Part shown: positions 30,929-41,061 of the stretch, piece after piece
How the letters are laid out: each line of letters starts with the position of its first letter
Position numbering within the stretch: the stretch's first letter is position 1
Assembly (NCBI GenBank): GCA_046294845.1
Contig: JBKBNU010000002.1
Span: 10,940 to 74,939 of the forward strand
Length of the DNA: 64,000 nucleotides
Reading direction: 5' to 3'
Origin: Micavibrio sp.
Lineage (GTDB): Bacteria; Pseudomonadota; Alphaproteobacteria; Micavibrionales; Micavibrionaceae
Notes under the pieces: model-generated
What the model saw: only the letters and a program-made list of their open reading frames with translations
The model's database searches: none
Told to the model about the DNA's origin: nothing
Translations under genes and position numbers: made by a program

Positions 30929-31384
30929 ATGCAGCAAGAAAATTATCAAGAATTAGACATAGCAGAGCTACAGAATCTACATATCGCCACCCTGTCAAAG
31001 TACTGGACTCAAGCCTGGAAACTTAAAACTCACCGAAACATCAGCCGAGAAATGCTCATCGCCAGCCTAGCCCTCAAGATCAGGGAAGCACAGGGTAAGG
31101 GCTTAAGTTATGATCAGAGTGAGAAACTCAATCAACTTGTAGCAGCATACAAGAGAAATAAAGAAGAAGGCTCTCAAAGAAAACTCACTTTGGGAACAGG
31201 AACACAATTGATTCGTGATTGGGGCGGAACACGACACATGGTGACAGTCCGCAAAGATGGTTTTGAGTACAAAGATAAACTTTATAAAAGCTTATCAGCA
31301 GTGGCTTCAGATATTACAGGCACACGCTGGAATGGCTGGGTGTTCTTTGGGATCAAAAAATCAAGTAATGGGGGCGCTGTATGA
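30929..31384 (+). CDS. DUF2924-family protein (serine-recombinase partner)
   Basis: C-terminus LIRDWGGTRHMVTV..GFEY..YKSLSAVASDITGTRWNGWVFFG matches my memory of DUF2924. Start chosen at 30929 behind an AGGAG 7 nt upstream. ATGA overlap with the recombinase. Confidence 0.7.
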   Translation: MQQENYQELDIAELQNLHIATLSKYWTQAWKLKTHRNISREMLIASLALKIREAQGKGLSYDQSEKLNQLVAAYKRNKEEGSQRKLTLGTGTQLIRDWGGTRHMVTVRKDGFEYKDKLYKSLSAVASDITGTRWNGWVFFGIKKSSNGGAV

Positions 31385-32943
31385 CGAAGATCCCTATCAA
31401 TCAATGTGCCATTTACACACGGAAATCCACGGAGGAAGGCTTAGATCAGGAATTTAATAGCCTTGATGCACAACGCGAAGCTTGCCTTTCATACATCGCC
31501 AGTCAGAAAGCTGAAGGATGGGTAGCTCTACCTGATTTTTATGACGACGGTGGTTTCACGGGTGGAAATATGGACCGTCCCGCCCTTCAAAAACTCATTC
31601 AAGATATTAAAGCAGGAAAAATAAAAACCATTGTTGTCTATAAAATTGATCGTCTCACACGCTCACTTATGGACTTCGCAAAGCTTGTTGATATTTTTGA
31701 TGAGTACGGCGTTAGCTTTGTGAGCGTCACTCAATCATTTAATACCACGACATCCATGGGACGTCTGACACTGAACGTCTTGCTCTCCTTTGCTCAATTT
31801 GAAAGAGAAGTTATTGGTGAACGCGTACGGGATAAAATAGCGGCTAGTAAGAAGAAGGGCATGTGGATGGGCGGTACATGCCCGGTCGGGTACGATAACG
31901 TTGACCGGCAACTTGTGCCTAAGACAGAAGAAGCTGCGTTTGTAAAAATGATCTTTGAGCGTTACTTGGAAGTAGGATCTATGCGAAAGCTAGCTTGGAC
32001 CCTAAAAGAAGAAGGAATTAAATCTCCAGTTCGGGAGACAGATAAAGGTCATCATCAGGGTGGGCTTCATTATAGCCGGGGTGCCCTCTACAGCATGCTG
32101 CGAAACCCAATCTACATTGGGAAAATAAGACATAAGGGCACTATTTATAATGGCCTACACCCAGGAATAATAAATCAAGATCTCTGGGACAGAGTACAGG
32201 CAAGTTTAGATAAACACGTGCATGCGCGTGGTCCACATGAAAAACTTGATAACTTGCTTCAAGGATTAATGCGCAATGAAAACGATGTGCTGTACACGCC
32301 TGTGCATGCCACAAAAAATGGCGGGCGACGATATCGATATTACGTGAATTCGAAAGTTCATAGTGAGCCGCATAACAAAACTGACACGCCACAGCGTATA
32401 CCAGCACCTGAAATCGAGGAATTAATCAAAAATATATTCTCTGAACAGCTAGATCGTCCTGATCAGATTGCTTTATTGGCTGGCGTCAACATGATTGATC
32501 ATATTGAGGATCTCTCAAAGACATCTGATCTTAAGGAAATGGTTGATATTGAGAAATTCATACGACATGCCTGCAAGGGAATTATCATTCACAAGAGTTT
32601 TCTTCAAATTAAAATCTCCTGTAAAAACGTCTCAGAATTCTTGAATCAAGAATTACATCTATCTTTACCAATTGCACATGAAGAACTGTTTCATGAGCTC
32701 ACAGCTAACTGGGGGATCAGTCGATCAAGAAAGGGCGCGATCCGTATCGATGCCCGAAGTGAGCATTTAAGCAAGGATGATCCATTTAACAGGCCTGAGT
32801 ATGAAATACAGAAATGGGTCAAAGGTGTGGTCTGGCGTGAACAGCACTTCAAGGGCAAATCGATCAGTGAGATAGCTAGGTCCGAGAACATAGACATACG
32901 ATATGTCTCCCGCCTGATCATGCAGAGCCTCCAAATCGGATAA
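31381..32943 (+). CDS. Large serine recombinase
   Basis: 520 aa. Resolvase catalytic N-terminus CAIYTRKSTEEGLDQEFNSLDAQ (Ser nucleophile), VYKIDRLTRS, then the recombinase domain (MWMGGTCPVGY). Confidence 0.9.
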   Translation: MTKIPINQCAIYTRKSTEEGLDQEFNSLDAQREACLSYIASQKAEGWVALPDFYDDGGFTGGNMDRPALQKLIQDIKAGKIKTIVVYKIDRLTRSLMDFAKLVDIFDEYGVSFVSVTQSFNTTTSMGRLTLNVLLSFAQFEREVIGERVRDKIAASKKKGMWMGGTCPVGYDNVDRQLVPKTEEAAFVKMIFERYLEVGSMRKLAWTLKEEGIKSPVRETDKGHHQGGLHYSRGALYSMLRNPIYIGKIRHKGTIYNGLHPGIINQDLWDRVQASLDKHVHARGPHEKLDNLLQGLMRNENDVLYTPVHATKNGGRRYRYYVNSKVHSEPHNKTDTPQRIPAPEIEELIKNIFSEQLDRPDQIALLAGVNMIDHIEDLSKTSDLKEMVDIEKFIRHACKGIIIHKSFLQIKISCKNVSEFLNQELHLSLPIAHEELFHELTANWGISRSRKGAIRIDARSEHLSKDDPFNRPEYEIQKWVKGVVWREQHFKGKSISEIARSENIDIRYVSRLIMQSLQIG

Positions 32944-33095
32944 TGTATTCTGGAAATTATTGGTTATGGTCTCGGCCGAAAAGCAGGGACTTTCTCATTC
33001 TGGGGTTAGGAGATGGGACTTGCAGCACCCTCACTTGAGAATTAGCGGCCTCTGGTAGCTTATTCGGATATTCTCTGAGTCCCATCACAATAACA

Positions 33096-33129
33096 AACCC
33101 CGCTATCAGCGGCCAAATGCGGGGTTTTT
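33096..33129 (+). terminator. Rho-independent terminator after the recombinase gene
   Basis: aaaccccgc-(15 nt)-gcggggttttt: GC-rich stem followed by a T-run. Confidence 0.6.
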
Positions 33130-33167
33130 AGGAGAAATATCTCTGCAAACACAAAAAATTGTGTGAG

Positions 33168-33244
33168 TGGCGCACCCGGCGAGATTCGAACTCACGACCT
33201 TTGCCTTCGGAGGGCAACGCTCTATCCAGCTGAGCTACGGGTGC
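33168..33244 (-). tRNA. tRNA-Arg (anticodon CCG)
   Basis: Minus strand GCACCCG-TA-GCTC-AGCTGGATA-GAGC-G-TTGCC-CTCCGAA-GGCAA-AGGTC-GTGAG-TTCGAAT-CTCGC-CGGGTGC-G-CCA. Complete cloverleaf with encoded CCA. Confidence 0.93.
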
Positions 33245-33383
33245 TTGACGGGCATAGGGGTAAAACCCCATAAAAGCCAAAGCGGCCCCACCTTAGCCCT
33301 GAACAGGCCGGATTTTCAATAGCTATTCGGGAACTGTCCAAAAACAGGATATAAAAGGCGGTAAAATCCGCTTTTATAAGGTT

Positions 33384-35450
33384 TTATTGTCCCCCGGATT
33401 CCGGAAGAACCTCTTCAGCGGGGACAGGGGCAACCGCCTCGGCAGCAGGTTCAACGACAGGCTCAGCAACCGGTTCCGGTACAGGCGCGCCGGCTGCTTC
33501 GGGCACTGCTTCGGATGCTGCTTCCGGCACAACCTCGGGCGCGGCCTCTATAACAGGTGCGGGCGCCTGAACAGCAGGCGCTTCCGGTGCTGCCACAGGC
33601 GTTGAATCTTTTTCTGCGGCAGGCGTTGTTACCACGGCGGGCACCTCTGCAACAGGTTCCGTCGTCGTCACGGTTTCAGCCACAGGATCCTTCTTCTTGG
33701 GTGCGGTTTTCTCATCCAGCTTTTTGAAAAGCTTGTCCAGAGCTTCCTGTTTCTTTTCTTCGATCTTTTCACCCGCAACATCCTGTATCAGGGCCTGCAT
33801 ATCGAGATTGTAAGAAGGCTTGGCCAAGGGACCCTGAATACGGACAGGAATCCGTTTTGCCTTCGCGAAATCTTCCACCTTGTCACCGAGACCAGCCCTG
33901 ATCACATAATCAACATTCTGTGCCCCAAGGTTGATCGCACCCGAGCCGAGCGCATGGCTCTTGGGGCCGATCAGTTGCAGGTTATCATTGCGGAAAACAC
34001 CATCCTGACCGTTAAAAACACCTTTGAGTGAAGTGAAATAAATCGTGTCGGGAACGGAGGTTGGCATCTTGCCGGTTTCAAAATAGGCAATCGCCTGATT
34101 GAGCAAGCGTGATAATTGCCATTTATTGATATAACCATCACTGAAAGCAAAATCGATTTGCCCGCGGGCAGCCTTTTGTAAAGCGGACATACTGTTACCA
34201 CGGCTGCCCAGATCAAAACTAACCTGTGCCAGACCTGTGACGAAATCCTGCCCCGCCTTGGCAATCAGAAAATCGCCAACCTTCATAGCTTTGAGATTGC
34301 CCTGCAAAGAAAAATCCGGTGTGCCGGATGCAGCGTTGATACGCACGGCGCTATCAACCTGACCGCCATAAAGACCGAAAGCCAAAGGGCTGACCGTCAA
34401 TTGGCCGCCTGCGGCCTTGATCGTTGCATTCAGGTTCGAAAGATCCAGCCCTGCCGTTTTTACGGTTTTGATTTTTACAGCACCCTGCATATTCAAGGTA
34501 CGCAAGGCATCGACAGGCAATAAAGCCTTTTGCGGATCGGGTTTGGCTGCCTGTTTGGGCTTCAATGCATCAAGATCGACACGGTCGGCCTGCAGATCAA
34601 AGGTGAATTTGGGAGGAGAAAAACTCTCAAGCCCTGCCTGCCCTTTAAAGCTTGTACCTTGCCATCCGGCTGAGAAATTATTGATCGTGACTTTCTGGGA
34701 TTTCAGATCGGCCACCAGATCGCCCGTAACCTCGATCGGTTCACCCAAACCCATATCGGTCCTGACCCGCAAAGCCCGTGCTGTTACCTGTCCCGCATCC
34801 AGATCAGCCTTCAACATGGCTTTCGCATCAATTTTAAGCGGTTTGGCGGGTGCCGGATTATTCAATATAAAATCAAGGGACACAGGTGTATCCACGGATG
34901 AATATTCACCCAGCACTTCAAGATTAAGCGGGTTGATCACAGTCGTCTTGCCTGCCGCCTTGTCAATCACGGTCACACGTGCCTTGCTGACGGTCAGACC
35001 TTTAAAGCTGATATCAAAATCCTGTGCTTTTACGGCTGGTTCTTTCTTTTCTTTCCGGGGAAATTCGAGGTTGGTTTTGCCATTAGCCAGTTTGATCACT
35101 GTAACTTCAGGGGCATCCAGACGAATGGTTGTCAACTCCACCTTCTTTTCCAAAAGCGGCATGATTTTGACGCCGGCCTGAACAGCGCCAGCCTTCACAA
35201 AGTCTTTTTCACTGAAACCTTCGGGGTTGCCCAGTGCCAGACCAGCAACCTTGAAACCCAGAACAGGATAGATCGAAACAGCGATATCACCATCAATGCT
35301 CATCTCGCGGCCTGTGGCATCCTTCACGGCTGCTGTGATTTGCGGTTTGTAGGCATTCGGGTCAACTGTCAGCAATACGGCAACGATCGCCCCTAATGCC
35401 AAAACCAGAAGCATGGCTATAATAAGCGTCATTTTGAAAAATATTTTCAT
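33384..35450 (-). CDS. asmA: AsmA-family outer-membrane biogenesis protein with Pro/Ala/Glu/Val-rich C-terminal tail
   Basis: 688 aa. N-terminal anchor followed by LLTVDPNAYKPQITAAVKDATGREMSIDGDI, typical of AsmA. Low-complexity PAxE repeats at the C-terminus. Confidence 0.75.
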   Translation of the reverse strand: MKIFFKMTLIIAMLLVLALGAIVAVLLTVDPNAYKPQITAAVKDATGREMSIDGDIAVSIYPVLGFKVAGLALGNPEGFSEKDFVKAGAVQAGVKIMPLLEKKVELTTIRLDAPEVTVIKLANGKTNLEFPRKEKKEPAVKAQDFDISFKGLTVSKARVTVIDKAAGKTTVINPLNLEVLGEYSSVDTPVSLDFILNNPAPAKPLKIDAKAMLKADLDAGQVTARALRVRTDMGLGEPIEVTGDLVADLKSQKVTINNFSAGWQGTSFKGQAGLESFSPPKFTFDLQADRVDLDALKPKQAAKPDPQKALLPVDALRTLNMQGAVKIKTVKTAGLDLSNLNATIKAAGGQLTVSPLAFGLYGGQVDSAVRINAASGTPDFSLQGNLKAMKVGDFLIAKAGQDFVTGLAQVSFDLGSRGNSMSALQKAARGQIDFAFSDGYINKWQLSRLLNQAIAYFETGKMPTSVPDTIYFTSLKGVFNGQDGVFRNDNLQLIGPKSHALGSGAINLGAQNVDYVIRAGLGDKVEDFAKAKRIPVRIQGPLAKPSYNLDMQALIQDVAGEKIEEKKQEALDKLFKKLDEKTAPKKKDPVAETVTTTEPVAEVPAVVTTPAAEKDSTPVAAPEAPAVQAPAPVIEAAPEVVPEAASEAVPEAAGAPVPEPVAEPVVEPAAEAVAPVPAEEVLPESGGQ

Positions 35451-35488
35451 CTGATCCGTATCCCCTGTTATTAATGATAAAAAATTTT

Positions 35489-36430
35489 TTATGCTTTTGC
35501 GGCTGTCAGCTGCAAGAAGACATCTTCAAGATCGCTCTCATCGGTCGAGATATCACTGATACCGTAACCGGCGGCCTGCACAGCCTCAATCAATGCGCCT
35601 GCACTTTGTTCACGCGGGCTGTAACGAATGACCAAAGTTCTGTTACCCTGTTTTTCAGGATTAAAAGCCGCCAAGCCTGCCGGAATATCCGTAATTGCCC
35701 GATCCAGACGGAAATGGATTTCTTTTGCCTCGACACGGGAGAGCAAAGTTTCCTTTTCCTCGCAGGCGATAATACGGCCATGATTGATGATCGCGATTGT
35801 ATCACAAAGCTCTTGTGCTTCTTCCAGATAATGGGTGGTGAGCAAAACTGTCACACCCTGACGGTTGAGCAAACGGACATTTTCCCAAAGCTGCTGGCGT
35901 AATTCGACATCAACACCGGCGGTTGGTTCATCCAATACCAGAATGGGTGGATTATGCACCATCGCTTTGGCTACCATCAAACGGCGACGCATCCCGCCCG
36001 AAAGTGTGCGGGTATAAGCACCTGCTTTGTCATCAAGGCCCAGCATCCGTAGAATTTCCATCGTCCGGCGTTCGGCCTTGGGCACACCGTACATGCCCGC
36101 TTGAATCTCCAAAAGCTCTGCCGGAGTAAAAAAAGGATCAAAATTCAGTTCTTGCGGCACCACCCCGATCGCCGCTTTGGCACTGCGCGGGTCTTGATCG
36201 ATATCAATGTCCCAGATTTTGACGCTGCCTGCGGTTTTGTTCACCAGACCTGCCATAATATTGATAATGGTCGATTTCCCAGCGCCATTCGGGCCGAGAA
36301 GACCAAAAATCGAACCTTGAGGGATTTGCAGATCAACATCGCGCAGGGCGACCTTTTCCGCCCCCTGCCCCTTTTTTCGGGGGCGGTATGTCTTTTGCAA
36401 TCCTTTGATATCTATGGCGTAATTTGTCAC
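35489..36430 (-). CDS. ABC transporter ATP-binding protein (ABC-2/CcmA-like)
   Basis: 313 aa. Walker A GLLGPNGAGKST, signature LSGGMRRR, Walker B ILVLDEPT. Confidence 0.9.
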   Translation of the reverse strand: MTNYAIDIKGLQKTYRPRKKGQGAEKVALRDVDLQIPQGSIFGLLGPNGAGKSTIINIMAGLVNKTAGSVKIWDIDIDQDPRSAKAAIGVVPQELNFDPFFTPAELLEIQAGMYGVPKAERRTMEILRMLGLDDKAGAYTRTLSGGMRRRLMVAKAMVHNPPILVLDEPTAGVDVELRQQLWENVRLLNRQGVTVLLTTHYLEEAQELCDTIAIINHGRIIACEEKETLLSRVEAKEIHFRLDRAITDIPAGLAAFNPEKQGNRTLVIRYSPREQSAGALIEAVQAAGYGISDISTDESDLEDVFLQLTAAKA

Positions 36431-36516
36431 GTTCTTGCCTTTCCGCTGCCATTATCTACATAGATACTCGGTTACAAAAGACAAGACCAGTCCTTGTTTA
36501 ATGAAGGAGAAATGCC

Positions 36517-37146
36517 ATGCCTGCGAGTACCCTTACGATAGTGGCTATCGCCACCTTTCTCGCTGTTTTCGGGATCAGTGGTAGTACCGCAGCCGAGAAT
36601 GCATCCGCAAGTATGACAGAGAGAGAAAATAAAGACTCGTTGAAAACCGCTTACGATTTTTCCTTCAAAACCATAGACGGCGAGGATATGCCCTTATCGC
36701 AATATAAGGGCAAGGTTGTGATGGTCGTTAATACGGCCTCACGCTGCGGTTTCACTCCTCAATATGAAGGCCTGCAAAAATTATACGAATTCTATAAAGA
36801 TAAGGGGCTGGTGATCATTGGCGTTCCTGCAAATGACTTTGCCGGGCAGGAGCCTGGCAGCAATGCGGAGATCAAAAAATTCTGCAGCATGAACTACGCC
36901 ATCACTTTTCCGATGACCGAGAAAACAGCGGTATCAGGTAAAGACGCGCACCCGTTTTATAAATGGGCCGGAGGACAAGGGATAGGCGGCATGCTTGCCA
37001 GCAAACCCCGCTGGAATTTCCACAAATATCTGATTGATGCCGATGGCAAGTTGGTTGGTTCCTATGGCTCGGTAACAAAACCGGGCTCAAAGGAAATCAA
37101 GAAGGATATTGAAGCTGCGTTAGCCCGGATCAAACCTGCGGAATAA
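36517..37146 (+). CDS. Glutathione peroxidase (secreted/periplasmic form)
   Basis: 209 aa. Signal peptide, catalytic NTASRCGFTPQY, WNFHKYL motif. Confidence 0.88.
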   Translation: MPASTLTIVAIATFLAVFGISGSTAAENASASMTERENKDSLKTAYDFSFKTIDGEDMPLSQYKGKVVMVVNTASRCGFTPQYEGLQKLYEFYKDKGLVIIGVPANDFAGQEPGSNAEIKKFCSMNYAITFPMTEKTAVSGKDAHPFYKWAGGQGIGGMLASKPRWNFHKYLIDADGKLVGSYGSVTKPGSKEIKKDIEAALARIKPAE

Positions 37147-37173
37147 TAAACCTTCTTTTACCGTTCCAGATTA

Positions 37174-38112
37174 TCAAGGGGCGGTAAAGCTTCCCTCGCC
37201 GTTTATCCATGAAGAAAAGCCGCCACCAAACAGCCATGAACGCGCGGCAGCGTCCTGCTTCAGGTATACATCCCAATAGGCAAGCGCGGCAATCTTGATG
37301 ATATTTTCGTGAGCAGGCCGTTTGGGATTATCGGCAAGCTTGCCACGGCTGCCGTTATAAACCATATGATCGCCGTCATTCAGGACCAGCAAGCATTGTT
37401 CCGGCCCGCCGCTATGCTGATAAACCTCCAAACGACGCTCATAACCAAACCCTTCAATCGGACTGGTGTCATCTGTCCCCGTCATGTGGAAAAGCGGCAA
37501 GGAAATTGTGCCATAAATATCGGCGCGCGGACTTTCAGTATTGAAACTGGGAACAGGGCTATAGAGGATACCCGCTTTAAAACGCGGTTCGAACAAGCGT
37601 TGCAAATCATCGGCCTTGCCGAATGATTGCCCTGCCATGATCTGGGTTGTATTGGCCCCGAAAGAATGGCCAGACATCCCGATGCAGGATAAATCCATAT
37701 GCTGGCCGATTTCCGGATTTTCAGCGGCCCATGAAGGGAGCTGATCCAAAACAAACGGCACGTCATGGTAGCGGTTCATCACATCATCAAAGCTGTATTT
37801 GCTTTCGCGGATGACATCCCACGGATGACCGGGCTTTCCTTCCCAAAGGCTGCTATCCGTACCCAAATGCTCGACATGGACAACGACATAACCGTGGGAG
37901 GATAAAAAACGGGAAATAAAACCCGCGCCATCGCGGCTGCCACCCAAACCATGGGACCAGATCACCACCGGTAAAGCACCCAATCCAACGGCCGCGGGAT
38001 AATAAATCTTGAAGGGAACCTTGCGATTGTCGCGGGCCGTGTCGAAAAATTCTCCGCGCGCCATCAGAACCTTATGCGGTTCATGGTCGGGATTGATATC
38101 GGCACGGTACAT
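37174..38112 (-). CDS. Alpha/beta hydrolase (PAF-acetylhydrolase/dienelactone-hydrolase-like)
   Basis: 312 aa. Nucleophile elbow GMSGHSFGA and downstream D and H residues in the expected order. Confidence 0.65.
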   Translation of the reverse strand: MYRADINPDHEPHKVLMARGEFFDTARDNRKVPFKIYYPAAVGLGALPVVIWSHGLGGSRDGAGFISRFLSSHGYVVVHVEHLGTDSSLWEGKPGHPWDVIRESKYSFDDVMNRYHDVPFVLDQLPSWAAENPEIGQHMDLSCIGMSGHSFGANTTQIMAGQSFGKADDLQRLFEPRFKAGILYSPVPSFNTESPRADIYGTISLPLFHMTGTDDTSPIEGFGYERRLEVYQHSGGPEQCLLVLNDGDHMVYNGSRGKLADNPKRPAHENIIKIAALAYWDVYLKQDAAARSWLFGGGFSSWINGEGSFTAP

Positions 38113-38618
38113 TATTTTTTCCGGAACTGATCGAGAGATACAACTTCGCCACTTTTGCTGCCGGTTTTCTTGCCGACGGGCTTGTTGTCCGCATCTTCTT
38201 CGTCATCCAAAGGATCATCATCCGGATCGAAGTCATCAGGATCCTCATCCCCCAGCGGCTGGAACTGCAGTGCGAAGTTCACAGAAGGATCTGCAAAGAT
38301 CGTGATGGCACCCAGCGGGATAACAAGACGCTCGAGGACATTATTGAAAGAAAGGGTGACCCCCATCTTTTCACTGTCCACGCTCAAATCGTAGAATTGA
38401 TATTGCAGGACGATAGTCATTTCGCCCGGATAACGGTCACGCAGGTAATCAGGGATCTCCACGCCCGGATAATCGGTCATGAAGGTAATGTAAAAGTTAT
38501 GATTACCCGGCAGCTTGTTTTTTCTGTCGATGACCTCCCTGATAGCCTGGCGGACAACACCGCGCAGGGCCTGCTCGACCATTCTGTCATAACGGAGGAT
38601 TTCGTCTTCGTCGCTCAT
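38112..38618 (-). CDS. sspB: ClpXP adaptor SspB (alphaproteobacterial type; unrelated to the phosphorothioation SspB above)
   Basis: 168 aa. ALRGVVRQA..NHNFYITF..YPGEMTIVLQYQFYDL..DPSVNFALQF closely parallels Caulobacter SspB-alpha. Acidic tail ending in a ClpX-binding-like LDQFRKK. Confidence 0.8.
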   Translation of the reverse strand: MSDEDEILRYDRMVEQALRGVVRQAIREVIDRKNKLPGNHNFYITFMTDYPGVEIPDYLRDRYPGEMTIVLQYQFYDLSVDSEKMGVTLSFNNVLERLVIPLGAITIFADPSVNFALQFQPLGDEDPDDFDPDDDPLDDEEDADNKPVGKKTGSKSGEVVSLDQFRKK

Positions 38619-38771
38619 GTGTCTATTAGTGGCAGAAGAATGCTCTGCGAATCAAGGAGGTTTATACGCCCCCCATGAGTGACATATCAGACTCGGGAAA
38701 ACCATCCCTGATTCAATGATTTACCCATAATCCTGTGGAAAACCTTTGTCCGCCCTCAAAGGCCGCAGATT

Positions 38772-40526
38772 TCAGGGTTGCGGGTGTCCTTCGACCGCTT
38801 TTTGTAAAGCCCCTGCCTGCGGATGCTGGGGATCGTATTTCAGGGTGAGAGCCAAATAATCCTCGAACCCCGGACGCTTCATCGCCCCGAAAAGCAAAGC
38901 CTTGGCATAATAGGCCCCCGGATTAATAGGGGAACGTGCCAGCGAGCGTTCCAGCAAATCATTGGTCTGACTGAAGAGAGCAATTCGCTCGCTCTCCGGC
39001 ATACGACCTATCTGGATCAATCCCAGCGGAATGGTCGCCGCCAAAACATAAGGGCGGGGATTAAGGCCAAAACCTGCCTTGCCTGCCCTGTTCACAGCGT
39101 CGGAAAAACCCTCCAGATCATTCGCAGCCAAGCGCTCGGTCGCGAGATCAGCCATCCTTTCACTGTACAGACATGATGAATAGGCAACCATAAAACCACC
39201 TATGAGCAGCAGGAAGATATGCCCCACGAGCGGCATGCTGACAGTGCGTGATGTTTGTGTTTCATTCGTGCTAAGCCTTACAAATAACCCTGCCAGTAAT
39301 CCAGTAGCCGTTAACAAAGCCGGTACATAAAGATGGAAAGTCAGGTGCAGGTGCATCACCAGAGTCAGTAATCCGCAGAACAAAGCGACAATCAGGATAT
39401 AAACATTACCGAAGCGCGGTGCGGTACGCCATGCGCCTATGAAACGCCCCAGCATGACAATCAGGAAAGCATAGAACAGCAATACAGCAGGCAATCCTGC
39501 CTCCTGCCAGAACTGCAAGGGGTCGGCATGAGCCATCAATCCTGCGGAAAAAACTTCAGTGTCGTGCCTTACCGATGGATAAAGAAGAAAGAAGGTCCCC
39601 AGCCCCGTTCCCTGCCAGATATTTTCACGGATCAGGGTAATCGTGGAGGCCCATATATCCATACGGGCAAGCCAACTGGGGTCCTTTAACAAGAGGACCA
39701 TATGGGTCAGGCGTTCCCATGCTGTGACCCTCTCCAGATTATAGATTGAAGATAACAGAAACGTTGCCACGATGACTGCGGTCAAGAGTAATAAGGGACC
39801 AAAACCCATCTTGTAATCATTGTGACGGGCAAAACGGCAGACCAGCATCATAAAGAGGGCCGTTACGATCATGACGGCCAAAGCAACGCGGCTACCGATC
39901 AGGATCATCACCATCGCCATGGCAATTCCTGCCATTACATACAAAACGGCGTAAGGTTTCTGGCGTTCATACAAAAACAAGCCCAGCGCCACAAACATCC
40001 CCATGTTTAAAAGACCTGCAAAATTATTGGGATCTGCAAAGGGATGACGGATTGAACCGTAAGTTGATAGATATTCAGGCAGAATAAAAAACTGGATCAG
40101 GCCCCAAGCCGCCAGCGCCGTCAGCGCGCCCACAAACAAACGCAGGGATACCAGCAATTGGTCATGGTCAAAAGGCGCATAAACAAAGATCAGGAACCAC
40201 AGAGGAAGCAAAAGAAAGCTGCCCCACGAAATGATCGTGACAAAAGGCGATACCGACCAGAAAAAGCTCAAACCCAGCCAAACACTGAAAGCCAGCATAA
40301 AGAACACAGGCCTATTCATGGACAGACGCACCCCCCTGTTTGCAGGGGAGCCAATCACGATCACTGCCGCATGCAAAGCACACAGAACTGCCAGAAAGCG
40401 CGAAAGCTCGTAGGGCTGCACTAGCGGCAAGCTGAAGAAAAAGGACAAAAGCCAAAAGAACGGCACGGACAGGGAAAGGATATTTTTCATGAATTTCAGT
40501 GTGATACGGGCCATGCCCTCTGTCAA
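38772..40526 (-). CDS. O-antigen ligase/polymerase-family (Wzy_C) membrane protein with C-terminal TPR-like region
   Basis: 584 aa with more than 10 TM helices, followed by a soluble helical C-terminus. Confidence 0.65.
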   Translation of the reverse strand: MTEGMARITLKFMKNILSLSVPFFWLLSFFFSLPLVQPYELSRFLAVLCALHAAVIVIGSPANRGVRLSMNRPVFFMLAFSVWLGLSFFWSVSPFVTIISWGSFLLLPLWFLIFVYAPFDHDQLLVSLRLFVGALTALAAWGLIQFFILPEYLSTYGSIRHPFADPNNFAGLLNMGMFVALGLFLYERQKPYAVLYVMAGIAMAMVMILIGSRVALAVMIVTALFMMLVCRFARHNDYKMGFGPLLLLTAVIVATFLLSSIYNLERVTAWERLTHMVLLLKDPSWLARMDIWASTITLIRENIWQGTGLGTFFLLYPSVRHDTEVFSAGLMAHADPLQFWQEAGLPAVLLFYAFLIVMLGRFIGAWRTAPRFGNVYILIVALFCGLLTLVMHLHLTFHLYVPALLTATGLLAGLFVRLSTNETQTSRTVSMPLVGHIFLLLIGGFMVAYSSCLYSERMADLATERLAANDLEGFSDAVNRAGKAGFGLNPRPYVLAATIPLGLIQIGRMPESERIALFSQTNDLLERSLARSPINPGAYYAKALLFGAMKRPGFEDYLALTLKYDPQHPQAGALQKAVEGHPQP

Positions 40527-40577
40527 TCAACCGTAAAGTTTGACAAAACGCAACGACATGGCCCATAAGGTTTAATT

Positions 40578-41015
40578 ATGACAAAAATTACAGAAATCTG
40601 GAGCGACGGCAGCTATCGTCAGCAACCCCGCACTGCGGGGGCTGGCTGGGTTATCCACCATGCCGATGGCCAGATCGTCGAAAGACAACAATCATTACCC
40701 CGGCTGCGTGATTCATTGGCTTACGGTTCGCAAATTGCCGAACTGGAGGCCGCGATGCTGGCCCTGAATGAAGTATCCGCAGAACTGCCGGTAATCCTGC
40801 ACATGGATTGTGAAATGGCATTGCAATCCCTTCGCCATTCTAAACTGATTATTACACCTAAAACTCCTGCACCCGCTTTACAAAGCGCCTTCCGGAAAGC
40901 TGCGGAAGCCGTAGCGCGTCACCCTTCCGTCACCCTGATGATCTCAAGCGACCGCTTTGATCGGCACATGGGATTGGCCCACAGACTTTCACGACAGGCC
41001 TCAGCCCCCGTATAA
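40578..41015 (+). CDS. RNase H-like (RVT_3-type) protein, paralog 1
   Basis: 145 aa. IWSDGSY (first Asp), IAELEAAMLAL (Glu), LHMDCEMA (Asp), C-terminal HMGLAHRLS. Confidence 0.65.
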   Translation: MTKITEIWSDGSYRQQPRTAGAGWVIHHADGQIVERQQSLPRLRDSLAYGSQIAELEAAMLALNEVSAELPVILHMDCEMALQSLRHSKLIITPKTPAPALQSAFRKAAEAVARHPSVTLMISSDRFDRHMGLAHRLSRQASAPV

Positions 41016-41061
41016 GGGGTATGAATTTGACAATCCCACTGGATGAAGGGACAATAGAACC

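Noticed and set aside
30868-32993. Shared ggttatg / ggacttt 7-mers on both sides of the serine recombinase pair, as possible att half-sites
   Set aside because: The spacing differs between the two sides, and 7-mer matches are expected by chance in a 64-kb window. This is not enough evidence for att sites.
38112-38618. Possible link between this 'SspB' and the phosphorothioation Ssp system
   Set aside because: This is a name coincidence only. This protein is the ClpXP adaptor (stringent starvation protein B family). It sits in core genome, unrelated to DUF4007 SspB.
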